A stretch of 63,225 nt of DNA, the filler included, from Welwitschia mirabilis (lineage: Eukaryota): NCBI GenBank assembly GCA_051453625.1. It is 4 parts of one record of this genome, joined end to end, with 100 filler letters (N's around TTAATTAATTAA, not from the genome) between each part and the next. Parts side by side here need not be neighbours in the genome. Positions count along the whole stretch, not along the records: positions 1 to 27,853 come from JBOZIK010000001.1; positions 27,954 to 49,783 come from JBOZIK010000001.1; 2 more parts are not named here. The stretch is one strand, 5' to 3'. The notes under the pieces are model-generated. The model was given only the letters and a program-made list of their open reading frames with translations. It had not been told where the DNA came from and searched no databases. Positions 26,700 to 39,058 of the stretch are shown in pieces; positions within the stretch are counted from its first letter, which is position 1, and each line of letters opens with the position of its first letter. The position numbers and the translations under genes were made by a program.

Positions 26700-29600
26700 A
26701 TGTAAAATCCAAATCATCTTTGACTTACCTCCTAGTGATGATGTTAAGCTTAGAAACCTAAATGCATATCCTATTTTTAGTGGTGTACCTAATGAATATC
26801 CCTTGCAACACATTGCCAATATAGACTAATTACTAATCACTTCTAAAAATGGTAAAAAATGCATAGGTGATAGAACCTACATGGTCATCTTTCCCATTAC
26901 TTTAAAAGATAAGGCTAAACTATGGTTAAGAATGATTTCCTAAAAAAGCTTAAATATTAGATTTAAGTTTAGGAAGCCTTTATTAGAAGATGTATGAGTG
27001 AAATCACCATCCAAAAATGTAAAAACGAAATTACCAACTTCTAATAAATGCCTAATGAAGACTATGCCTCTACTTATAAGAGTTTCTTTGTTGCTTTACA
27101 TTCAAACCCTATAGATATTTTTTCACAGGAAGAACTAGTAGATTACTTTTATAGTAGATTAACTAGTTACACAAAGTAATTAGTGGATTTTTTGTGTGGA
27201 GGTAACTTATTAAATGAAACCTTAGAAAATGGTTGGTAAATCTTGGAAGAATTAATAAAAGTAAGTCAAACATGACCTAAACCATCACCTAGAGAAAACC
27301 AAACTATAAGCCAAATCATTAAAGATCTTAAGGAGGTAAAACATAAGAAAAATAAAATAAGAATTGAAAATGAATAAAACAATATTATAATGAATTTTAC
27401 TTCAACATTAAAAAAGTATACTCAAATGATTTTAGATGCTAAGATGATAACTAAGAAGAATGTAGTTGTAGCTCCTATTTGTGATTTGTGTGAGGATAGT
27501 TATCGTGTTNNNNNNNNNNNNNNNNNNNNNNNNACTTATAAAGAGAGAATTTATGAAGAAGTATGTGCTTTTAACTAGAGATTCTCAAACTACAACCAAA
27601 ATTAAAATTAAGAGATAAGTCCAAAATCACAATAACTTTCAACCTCAGATGAGTGAATAACCCAACTTCAAAAATTTTCAAACAAACCATCCTAACTTCC
27701 AATCTTTTAATAAGATATTTGAGAATATGAAATTCCAATCTAATAACTCAAACAATTAAGTAACTCATCCAACTTCCAAAACCAAAGTGATCCTATTAGG
27801 AGTCCCATTAAGGTGTGGAGGAAAAAAAAAAGAAAAAATAAAATATAATATTANNNNNNNNNNNNNNNNNNNNNNNNNNNNNNNNNNNNNNNNNNNNTTA
27901 ATTAATTAANNNNNNNNNNNNNNNNNNNNNNNNNNNNNNNNNNNNNNNNNNNNCCATGGCTTGATAGGCTAAACATGAATCCTATTTTTATGATCAACTA
28001 AAAGCCTTAATGCAAAATATGAGCATCAACTTGCCATTTTGGAAACTTATAAAAAATAATCCAAGAAATAATCCAAAAATGAATGAATCGATCCATAGAT
28101 CATTCTGATTCCATTAGTGTAAATTTAGAATATGACATGTATCTAGGGATTTCTCCAATATCTTGGCTAAAATAAGTATTAAAAGAAGTCAAAAGGTATA
28201 TAAAAGAAATTTCATTTCCAAAATAAACAAAAAGATTCATTAAGAATTGGATAAAATAAATTTGTTATTTTGTTTTTGACATATTGTCAATTGATGAATG
28301 TATGGCTTCCTTCTCCCATGGAAAATTTCCAATATAGTAAAGTTTTACTAGCTTAATCTGTTAATAACTTAGTTTATTAAAAATGTTTAAATTTTAAATA
28401 TCCAAAAGTAGAAATTATGAGTATCACTTTAGAAGAAAACCATAGGATTAAGGAAGCCTTGATTGATATTGGAGCTAGTGTCAACATCATACCCTTGCAC
28501 ATTTGTTAGAGACTTAGATTGGAAGNNNNNNNNNNNNNNACATGGATTGTTTTATAACTAACTGATACTTTTGTAAAGAAACCATTAGGTATGATTAAGG
28601 ATTTGGTTATTTAGATAGAAGAAGATGTTGTAGTTATAGAAGTTAAGCATAATGGTGGATATCCTTTACTTCTAGGTAGAGCTTTTTGTGTAATAGTTCA
28701 CTGTTTTATAGATAGAAGAACTATTTAATGAAGTATCATTGTGGAAATAAAAAGTCTTTAATAAGAGTTTTTGATGTGGCTAAAAAAGATTTAGGAAATG
28801 ATTTGAGTGTGTTAGAATAAATTAGGCCAACCTTGTTTTTATAGTACTATCTACTTGAGGAGAGATGGTCTATGCTTTACAAACCAACATTGTTTGATAA
28901 CCAATTAAAAGTAGATAACTTATATGTATTTAAAGATTAACTTGATTTTAACCATCTAAAAACTAAATTTTTTGATCTAGAGAATAGAGAGTCTAAGTCT
29001 GCCAACTTTGCATAAGTCTGAGATTTTAACATACTTAAGATTTCCTACTTTGAAGATGATTGTTCAGTATTAACGTCTAGATGACAGTCTAAGATGATAG
29101 TCAGTTTTCTTGATAAATTTACTTAAAAAAAAATTAAACTTAAATCTAAATCTAAAACTTCTAAACAGTGGATTAAAATGCATTTTTTTGAATAGTGACA
29201 TGAACAAACCTTTAATCATTAATAAAAATTTTATCCCTAAACATGAATCAAGTCTAGTCTCTCTTTTGTAATCTAAGGTAAATGCATTCACTTGGTTCCA
29301 TAACAATTTAATAGCCATTCCCATTTTGATTGTTCAACATAAAATCTACGTTAAAGAAAATACAAAGCCTATGAAGTAACCCTAATGTAGACTCAATTCA
29401 GCTTTTAAAAAAATTGTTAAATATGAAATCATAAAATTAATAGATGCTAGAATCATTTATTCGATAGTTGATAGTAAGTGGGTTAGCCCCTTGACAATAG
29501 TTCCTAAAAAAGGTGGGAAATGGAGAATATGCATAGACATTAAAAAACTAAATAAAGTTACAGAAAAAGACTACTGTCCTTTATATTTTCTTAATTAAAT

Positions 29601-31900
29601 TCTTAATAGGATTTAAGGTCATTATTTTTACTATTTTATTAATGGTTATGGTGGTTACAACCAGGTTTTCATTGCTAGTGAGGACCAAGCCAAAACCAAT
29701 TTTACTTCTCCTTTTGGTACTTTTACCTTTAGACACATGCCTTTTGAACTTTGTTGTCAGCGTGCTATGATAGAAATTTTTCCTATATGCTTGAGGATTT
29801 TATTAAGATTTTTATAGATACTTCTCCATTTATGCTAAAACATTTGAAAAATTTTAAATCTAGTAGAAAAACTCCTTGATCATTGTATTTCTAGTGGCCC
29901 ACACTTGATTTAGAAAAAGATCCTATTTCTTATTGAAAGTGTAATTGTTTTAGGTTATCATTTCTCAAAAGAGCAGATTAGAATAGAGACTTCAAAAGTC
30001 GGTTTTATTCAAAACCTAAATCCTCTTACAAATGTTAAACAAGTTAGATATTTTCTTGGCCATCATGGTTTTTACCATTGATTTAGTCATGATAGTTTTT
30101 ACCATTACTAGAGAAAGAAGCCAAACTTGAATGGAATGAATTTTGTTAGCTTGCTTTCAATAGGTTTAAATGTAAAATTTCTTATGTTCCTATAGTAACA
30201 AGATCTAATTGGGAAAAATATTTTAAACTTATGTGTAATGTAAGCAATTTTTTCATGGTTAGGATTTTTTATTATAAATGTGAAAATGATTTTAAAGTTA
30301 TATCTTATCATAGCAAATATTTATCTAGATCTCAAATGATTTATATCAGTACAAAGAAAGAGATGCTAACTATCATCTTTTTCCTTGATCCTCTTAGACC
30401 TTATCTCTTAGGCTTTCATACTAATGTTTGCACTGACCATGCTGCTATTCATTAATTCATGACCAACAAAGACTCTAGTGCATGTCTTATTGAATGGTTC
30501 CTCCTTATGTAAAGTTTAACTTGACCATCATAGATAAAGTAGGAAAGTATAATTCTGTTATCAATTATTTATCTCATCTTTAATCTTCTTCAGATGATTC
30601 TATCCTTAATGATTCTTTTCTTAATAAATATCTTTTCACTGTATCTTCTTTTCATACTCCTCCTTGGTATGTAGACATTGTTAATTAACTTGTATCTATG
30701 CAAACCCTACAACATTGGACCTATAATTAACATAAATATTTTCTCCATAAAATAAGTAACTATGAGTGGATAGAGCCATATTTGTACTATAGGTATAAAG
30801 ATAAAATAATGAGAAAATATGTGCCTAATTGGGAATTACTTAAAATCCTTCATATTTATCATAGTGGTATTTGTGAAGGACATTTTAGTAGATATAAAAC
30901 AACTATGAAAATACTCCATTCTATTTTTTATTGTCCTTCTTTTTTCCAAGATTCCTTTAATTTTACTAGAAGATGTGATTCTTGTCAGTGTTATGGTGGC
31001 CTTATTCATTTATAGGAAATGATCCTTAGATTTATTCTTGAGTGTGAGCCTTTTGATTATTATGATATGAATTTTATAGGCCCTATTCATCCACCTTCTT
31101 CTGATAAGCACTATATTTTAGTGGCTATGGATTATGCGACTAAAGGGGTTAAAGCCATACCTACTTCTTTAAATGATGCTTGAATTGTTTATCATTTTCT
31201 TAGAGCTCATATTTTTTAGAGATTTAGTTTTTCTAGAGTTATCATTAGTGATCAGAGTACTTATTTTATTAATTAGATTTTTAGGAAACTTCTTTTATCC
31301 ATTGGTATATAACATAGAGTAGCTTGTGCTTACCATGCTCAGACTAATGGGTAGGATGAAAATGCCAATAAAGAAATAAAGAAAGTATTATAAAAAATTG
31401 TTTCTATTACTAAAAATTCTTGGGCTTCTTAACTTAATGATGTATTTTGGGCTTACGATACTACTTGATGTATTTTTCTTGGTTTTTCATCTTATAAACT
31501 TGTATATGATAAAGGTTGTGTCTTACCTATTGATGTATATTATAATTATTATTGTGCATTTCATTAACTTAATCTTGTGTATTTTCATAAAAACCTTAAA
31601 TATAGATTAGCCCAATTAGATCATCTTGATGAAAAATGAACTCATGCCATACATTGTCAATTAATTTATAAAGCCCAAGCAAAGTTCAAACATAATAAAA
31701 AAATATTTCATAAACAATTTAAATATGGCTAAATTATTTTATTATATAATAGTAGAGTTTATCTTTTGAATAACAAGTTGGCCTCTAAATAGTAAATGTA
31801 TTAGGCTCAGTTGATATTTTAAACTTAGATACTAGAAATATTCAGAAGTTTAATGGATAATGGTTGAAATTATACAAAATATCTTTATATGTAACCATGA
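26700..31900 (+). pseudogene. gag-pol pseudogene of element D
   Basis: AYPIFSGVPNEYP and FPITLKDKAKLWL (gag); ALIDIGASVNI (protease, ~28455-28490); IYSIVDSKWVSPLTIVPKKGGKWRICID, GYNQ and FRHMPF (RT, 29450-29820); KKEMLTIIFF...TDHAAI (RNase H); H..GHF..CDSCQ, FIGP, ISDQSTYF and YHAQTNG (integrase, 30850-31350). Many stops and frameshifts. Confidence 0.93.
27854..27953. other. Artificial contig-join spacer (44 N + TTAATTAATTAA + 44 N)
   Basis: An identical 100-bp construct also occurs at 49784-49883 and 61647-61746. Confidence 0.95.
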
Positions 31901-32262
31901 ATATGGTAGAAGCACTTGTTTTGGAGGTTTTCTTTGATGAGGAGGACTTCTTTCTTATCATTATCTAAGTTCTTTCTTAGCCTACTTCTTTAGTTGATGT
32001 TATGATATTACCTAATCATCTTTTAAACTTGGCTTATATATTACTTTATAAAGTTTTATGATTACTATTCATTCTTGGGTATTTACAATGATAAGAAGAC
32101 ATTCCCATGTTTATGGACTTTACTTGAAAGAAAATGGCTTACTTTCTTGTGATTTTTTCAATGGTGTTAAGATCTTGGGTTGTTTGCGAGTGTTTCTTTC
32201 TATTGTTTATTTTACTTATTCACCTTTATATTTTTGGGTATGTGATCATGTGAGGATTTCTT

Positions 32263-32293
<31 letters not shown>

Positions 32294-32296
32294 AGA
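32263..32296. repeat. (GA)n microsatellite
   Basis: Direct reading, with one interruption. Confidence 0.95.
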
Positions 32297-34149
32297 TAAT
32301 AACAATGATCTATTATATTTTATGCTTTAAGAAAACATACATGATTACCATGATGTTCTATTACACTAGGGTAAATTTTTTTAAAAGGAATCTTTAGCAG
32401 TGTTGGTAGCTATGGAAGCTCCACTGAGGGATGCTTCATAAGTCCTTACTCCTCTGACTATGGTTGTACTCCCCTTATCATGATTTAAGGCTATGGGATC
32501 AGTGGTGTTCTGGTATCATCAAAAGCATTTCTTATTTTCTAGACTCTTAGTATTCCCACTTAGTCATTTAACTTTTGAAGACTTGGATGTGTTTGTGGGA
32601 TGGGAGTAGGTGAGTTTATTTATCAGTAACTTTTGATCTAGACATTCATTATTATAAGCACTTAAACTTTTGGATATTACTATAACCACTACCTTTTCGA
32701 GTAAAACTTTATAAAGTTTATACATTTTGTTATGCATATTTACTCAGGTGGATTTATGATATCTTTCTTAAGAGTTTGCTAGGTTAGCACTTAGAATAGG
32801 TAAACAATCTCATCCTTGTTCCTTGTATCTATTTTCATTTTGTCTTTATTTAGTTTTTAAGTTTAGAATTTCAAAGTCANNNNNNNNNNNNNNNNNNNNN
32901 NNNNNNNNNNNNNNNNNNNNNNNNNNNNNNNNNNNNNNNNNNNNNNNNNNNNNNNNNNNNNNNNNNNNNNNNNNNNNNTAAAAAGAACATCTTTTTTGTT
33001 TCCTAGTTTTTATGAGTTTCCTTATAGCTTATGGAGTTTTGAGTTTATCTTGCTTCTATTTTTTATTCAGGCATATACACTTAACTTTTATTAGTAGGCC
33101 TTTAGCCTATATAGTTTATTTTCTTTATCCATAATTTTTATTTATTTTCTTGGTTTTCTTTTTTATTTTTTGTCTTTTTGAGTTTTTTTTTGTTAAAATC
33201 TGATACCTAAATGATCATATCTGAGCCTAAGTTTGCTAGCTCACATCTTTCTTTCTAAAAAACTTTTAAATGCACTGTCATCCACCTAGTCATCCAGATG
33301 ATACTGGGAGAATGACAATTTGATTTTTTTCTGAGAGTTATTCTAGGGTTGTTATCTGGATGACTGACTAGACTACAGTGTGATATAACCATGGCTTAAA
33401 TACATTTTCCTCATTTTTCATTATTTCTTTAATATTTTTATCCATTCCTTTAAGAGACGATGACTCCTTTGACTTGTAGCATTGTTTTGAAACTTGTCAC
33501 ACTTAATTTTGTATTAAGATTCACAAGATTTTACTAGATTTCCAAAAATGAGGTATGTTTTTCTCTCCTCCTATTTTTTAATTTTCCCCCATTTTTCAGC
33601 CGTTCAATGTACAATTTTCATGGATATCACTTAATTTTTCATGATCTTCGATTTGGGACTTATGGATTTCAATTTTATTATATATTTTTTAAGTTATCAG
33701 TAATTATGCATTTTATGAGGTGTTTTAAAATTTTTATTTTTCACACTCATTTTCTCGTAAACCATAAGTCAAAACATAGGGGTCCTTTAAACAAAATTGA
33801 TCAGTTCGATGTATTCTATGATTCTATTTAAGTAGATTTTTTTTTTTTGAGTTCTTTGAATTTTCATTACATGTGGGGCCTACTTAAAATATAGCTTTTT
33901 AATTTTTTGTGTATTTCTCATTTTTATTTGCATGTTTAGATAATTAAGAATGCATTGAAACTTTTAGAGAGGGGGGAAGGACATATTTTTAGTATTGTTT
34001 TATAGTTTTTATTTGGGGTCATTATTGTGCATCTATGTGATGTTTTCAACATGTCTTTTTATTTTCACATGATGTTTTTTATGTTTTTGATTGAGTAGAT
34101 CCTATACACATAGAGCTAGATAGGCTAAGGCTGAGACTGAGGTAGTAGA

Positions 34150-35345
34150 GTAGAAGGCTAGTTATATAGTTGAATCAGAGATAGAGCATGTAGAGCCTGC
34201 ACATATGCCACCTTAGCATGATCGTTCTATGACTATACAAATAGCTGGCATCCATGTCAAGCCTTACTTTGGAGATGTTATTAGCCATATTGAGCCAAAG
34301 GTAGATTAAAAACAAATAAATTTATGGCTTAGATGGATTACAGATGCACATGGTTTATATTATATTTTAAATACAAGGGAATTTTATGACACCATGCATA
34401 TCGAGAGGTGACCTGATGCTCGTGGTTAGTTATAGGATAGGATTGTCGTATATATTTAGGACCATGAAATAGTGATTCTCCTATCCCATATTGTAGTTAT
34501 TATAGATCTTTGTGAGCTTGGAAGCATGCATATACACTTAGCTAATGGAACTGAGGAGCACTGAGCATATGGCACCATTTTGGATATATCAGCTACTCTT
34601 ATCACTGATCAATGGGGGTTACTTGTTACTCAGTTGATCCTCACAAATAGGGTTTTGCATAGAGAGCTAATCCATAACATCAGTTAATATTTTCATAATA
34701 GTTATGCTATGATAGCACACTTGAAAATATTGACAGCATTTAGATAGGGGAAGTATATGGATCTTCCTATTTTTATCTGGAGGAGACTTAGATCTATGGT
34801 CGAAGCATGCCAAATTTAGACACTTGGTTATCCATGCCTTCTCTCAGCATTATGTAGATGGTTTGGGATACCAGATCTCATAAGTGAATAATGCTTATCA
34901 CAAATACAGACTTTATCTTACTATTTATAAGACATGAATATATAGGTTTTAGGAGAGGTAGAAAGACCTCAAGTACAGAGACTTGCGGTTGAAGCTTTAC
35001 TCCAGTAGATATAGGCTCTCTTGGCTAATATCATCAAGACCATTAGAGGTTTTTTAGATAGATGTATTTAGTTACTTAATCAAAGGATCTATCCTTTAGA
35101 GTAGAGGGTCTTATCTGTTGAGAGGAGAGTGTAGCACACTAAGAACTAGATTATCAACATGCACTAGCATGTTGTTTTTATCTAGCAGAGTGTGATAATG
35201 GATATTCTTGAGGTAGTATGTATTTAAGGTGATGAGACAATTAGATCTATATCCACATTTTTAGACCTTTGTTTACCCATAGATCCTAAGCATCCTCCCC
35301 CTTCTTCCCTTGCTCCTGAGCTAGCTGTTGAACTAGAGTTTATCA
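34150..35345 (+). pseudogene. Athila env-like extra ORF (putative plant transposon protein type), decayed
   Basis: NTREFYD (VREFY-like, ~34370-34390) and TLGYPCLLSALCRWFGIP (LPFPSLITALC...GVP-like, ~34820-34873). Lies between integrase and the 3' PPT. Many TAG stops. Confidence 0.75.
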
Positions 35346-35715
35346 TGCATCAATAAGGGGAGTGATTTTGTATTATTATTTTGTATCTCCCCTTCTATGC
35401 ACCTTTGTATTGAAAACTCTTTTGAGTTTATATAGATACATTATTTTTGTAGCATGATGTACTAATTTTTACCTGATTTATCATGACTATCTTTAATCTT
35501 TACATTATCTAAATGACGACCCAAACAACTGACTAAGTGAGTTTCAAGCAAGTGAAATGTTTAGTTTTTTTTTTATTTTTTATTATTCATTTTGTATCTT
35601 GTAATTTCTTAAAAAAAATTGAGATAATTTCCTTAAGTATCCTATCTATTTTATTATTTAATAAGTTAACTTGTAAACATGGTTTATTGCTTAGTTTTAT
35701 CATGGACTGACAAGG

Positions 35716-35728
35716 CTAAGTAGGGGGC
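35716..35728 (+). other. 3' polypurine tract of element D
   Basis: CTAAGTAGGGGGC just before the 3' LTR. A second purine tract GAGAGGGGGGAAGG lies at ~33967-33980, upstream of the env-like ORF. Confidence 0.75.
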
Positions 35729-35733
35729 TATGT

Positions 35734-36415
35734 TGCATTACCAACTTATACATATTGAATAGGATATTTTGAGTAGTATTGTAGGTTAATAGATAAGTAA
35801 ATGCTTTATTTTCATAATAATAGAGAGCTGAGATAAAAGAGTTGAAAACATGTAATCTCCATGATGATCTATAGCATTTGAGCAATTCTTAATACTTTAC
35901 ATTTCTAAGACATCTTGCTACAAAACATTGAGGCTAATCCACTAATGAAAGATATGTAAAAGGCCATTGTCTAGATGACTGTATGGACAACAAGACAATT
36001 CATGCCAATAGGGATTCCAACTGTAATCAATCTAGTAGCTAATGTGGATCATTTATGATGTGGAATCGTCTCCTTTATCATCTATATCACTAGCCAAATG
36101 ACACTGTTATAGTGTCTTCACTGAACATTCACTTAATTTCTACCAACTGTTTATCTATTTATCTTGGCATGATCATTACGATTTTATCCATGCCTATCTA
36201 TCTGTCTTATTATTTGCTTATGTGTTAATGAATATTGGGCTTATCCTCAACTGCTACTTGTCTTCGTTTACACCAAAAATTCTCATGACAAGATATCGAA
36301 GGGCCATAGATTCATCCTTGTAGTTGCAGAGAGAGGTCTTCTTTGATGTTTAGTAGTGCTTCCTCCATTGAGGTACAGCTACTTTGTAACATGGATGTAG
36401 TTCTAATACAAAATA
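35734..36415 (+). repeat. 3' LTR of element D (truncated by the N gap)
   Basis: Colinear with 24791-25465 (shared AATTCTTAATACTTTACATTTCTA, ATTCATGCCAATAGGGAT and CACTTAATTTCTACCAACTGT). Confidence 0.88.
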
Positions 36416-38301
36416 NNNNNNNNNNNNNNNNNNNNNNNNNNNNNNNNNNNNNNNNNNNNNNNNNNNNNNNNNNNNNNNNNNNNNNNNNNNNNNNNNNNNN
36501 NNNNNNNNNNNNNNNNNNNNNNNNNNNNNNNNNNNNNNNNNNNNNNNNNNNNNNNNNNNNNNNNNNNNNNNNNNNNNNNNNNNNNNNNNNNNNNNNNNNN
36601 NNNNNNNNNNNNNNNNNNNNNNNNNNNNNNNNNNNNNNNNNNNNNNNNNNNNNNNNNNNNNNNNNNNNNNNNNNNNNNNNNNNNNNNNNNNNNNNNNNNN
36701 NNNNNNNNNNNNNNNNNNNNNNNNNNNNNNNNNNNNNNNNNNNNNNNNNNNNNNNNNNNNNNNNNNNNNNNNNNNNNNNNNNNNNNNNNNNNNNNNNNNN
36801 NNNNNNNNNNNNNNNNNNNNNNNNNNNNNNNNNNNNNNNNNNNNNNNNNNNNNNNNNNNNNNNNNNNNNNNNNNNNNNNNNNNNNNNNNNNNNNNNNNNN
36901 NNNNNNNNNNNNNNNNNNNNNNNNNNNNNNNNNNNNNNNNNNNNNNNNNNNNNNNNNNNNNNNNNNNNNNNNNNNNNNNNNNNNNNNNNNNNNNNNNNNN
37001 NNNNNNNNNNNNNNNNNNNNNNNNNNNNNNNNNNNNNNNNNNNNNNNNNNNNNNNNNNNNNNNNNNNNNNNNNNNNNNNNNNNNNNNNNNNNNNNNNNNN
37101 NNNNNNNNNNNNNNNNNNNNNNNNNNNNNNNNNNNNNNNNNNNNNNNNNNNNNNNNNNNNNNNNNNNNNNNNNNNNNNNNNNNNNNNNNNNNNNNNNNNN
37201 NNNNNNNNNNNNNNNNNNNNNNNNNNNNNNNNNNNNNNNNNNNNNNNNNNNNNNNNNNNNNNNNNNNNNNNNNNNNNNNNNNNNNNNNNNNNNNNNNNNN
37301 NNNNNNNNNNNNNNNNNNNNNNNNNNNNNNNNNNNNNNNNNNNNNNNNNNNNNNNNNNNNNNNNNNNNATTATTTTAAGGTTCATGTAGGTTGGTTAAAA
37401 TTAAGATTGTTTTCAGAGTTATAAAATTGAGAACCTAATGGATTGTTTTAGTTTTCTTAAGATAATTCCATTTTGGGATTGATAGAGATTTAGAGTAATC
37501 TACCATTACGTATTTATTAATAGTTTATGAATCATAAGAAAATACTAAAACAAAAAAGTTATATTTTTAGATACACATGATATGTAAAAAGATTTAAGAT
37601 GATAGAAATGTAAGATTAAGTAAATATGAAGATATTTTGACTCTAGTAAGTTGGCATAAAATAAAATTAATCAAAGATGGAAATATGGCTCTCAAGATAA
37701 TTAATAGTCTAGGATAATATATTGTTATAGCTAATTAACAATAAAAGACTAAATACAGATTATAGAAAAGATCAATGCTAAAATGAAAACTGTAATTCAA
37801 TGCAATGCAAGAAATAAAAAGTACAAGAATGAATAATGTAAATACTAAAGTATTTCTCTAATATTTTTATTAATGATATCCTCCTTTAAAATTTTCTTCA
37901 ATATCTCCTGATGAAGTCACCTGAGATAAAGAAGAGAAAAGATAATAGGAAAAAATCTGAATAGAAGAAATTTTTTTTTTTGTTATCTTTTTTATGGTTT
38001 TTTTAATCTTTTAAAATATTAACATGTATAAGAAAGTGTGATAATCTTTGTAAGGAAAAAAAGAAAAATAAAATAAACAAAAACAAAAATAAAATAAAGA
38101 AAAATAAGAAAAAGAAAAAGAAAGAAGTCACGAGATCAAGTTTATCAACTAAGTACTAGGCATGACCAACACCAATCCAATTATGATAAAAAAGGGGAAA
38201 AATGAAAAAGGCATTAGAAATGGACTATTATTAAAGAAAAGGAAAAATAAAATAAAAGAAAATAATTGAAAAGAGATCCCCCCTATAGCTATAATATCAT
38301 T

Positions 38302-38320
38302 ACTCTTAGTAACAGCACCA
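38302..38320 (-). other. Primer binding site of element C (degenerate tRNA-Asp type)
   Basis: Minus strand reads TGGTGCTGTTACTAAGAGT, 6 bp from the LTR end at 38327. Confidence 0.7.
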
Positions 38321-38326
38321 AAAAGC

Positions 38327-39058
38327 TATTCATGGTGAAATATAGCTGTGCTTGTATCTATTGTTAATATGTGATTAATAGTAAGATCTCTATAGGAATA
38401 TAAATTTTATATGTCCATAATACTAGAAATTCTATTTGTAGTATAGTCCTAGTGTAGTTCTTCCTCAATATAAGATATTGTATATCAGTAGAGTAAGTAC
38501 AATGATAATGAGTATAAGTAAGTGAAATGTATAAGAGAATTAGAAATGGAACATAGCATTCAAATTAGCAAAATATATTTCTAAAAAAAAAGCATTAAAG
38601 TAAATTCATGTATCTTGTACTCCAAGTCAAGCACAATGGCATATTTTCATTCACAATAGACATGAGGCACATGTAGTTTTAGCTCAAGTATCATGTCATA
38701 AGCTCATCCATCATAGACATGAGGGTAATGAATCTAAGACATCTAGCCTTTATAAAAAAAATAAAATAAGCATGAAAATTATGGATTTACCAAGATTCAT
38801 GAAATAAAGATTTATCTTATATAAGCTAGAATAAAAAAAAAATCACCAAAACATCTTAAATTAATAACATGCCTTAGCCAATTCTAAGAAAAATAAGTAT
38901 GAGATCCATAAAAATTTGATATCAAACTAATGCACTAAAAACATGTAATACTCTATTATTAAAAAAAAAAAAGCATACAATCCATAAAGTACTTATGTTA
39001 ACTTAAGAAACATCATGCTAGATTAGTAGCTAGATCATCCCTAAAGTGGATTATAAAA
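38327..39058 (-). repeat. 5' LTR of element C (partial)
   Basis: Matches 17242-~17995; similarity stops at the start of the copia element. Confidence 0.8.

Larger units (their letters stand above)
24791..36415 (+). mobile_element. Nearly full-length Athila-like Ty3/gypsy element D with env-like ORF (3' end lies in the N gap)
   Basis: 5' LTR, PBS, gag, PR, RT, RNase H, INT in gypsy order, an extra ORF, two PPT-like tracts and a 3' LTR. Confidence 0.92.
17242..39058 (-). mobile_element. Athila-like Ty3/gypsy element C (host of nested element D; 5' LTR truncated by a copia insertion)
   Basis: LTR pair 17242-~18000 and 38327-39058, Asp-type PBS at 38302-38320, and minus-strand gag/protease at 23100-24790 cut by element D. 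Confidence 0.75.

Noticed and set aside
27898..27909. Palindromic TTAATTAATTAA repeated at 27898, 49828 and 61691
   Set aside because: Always centred between two runs of 44 N; an artificial assembly linker, not biology.
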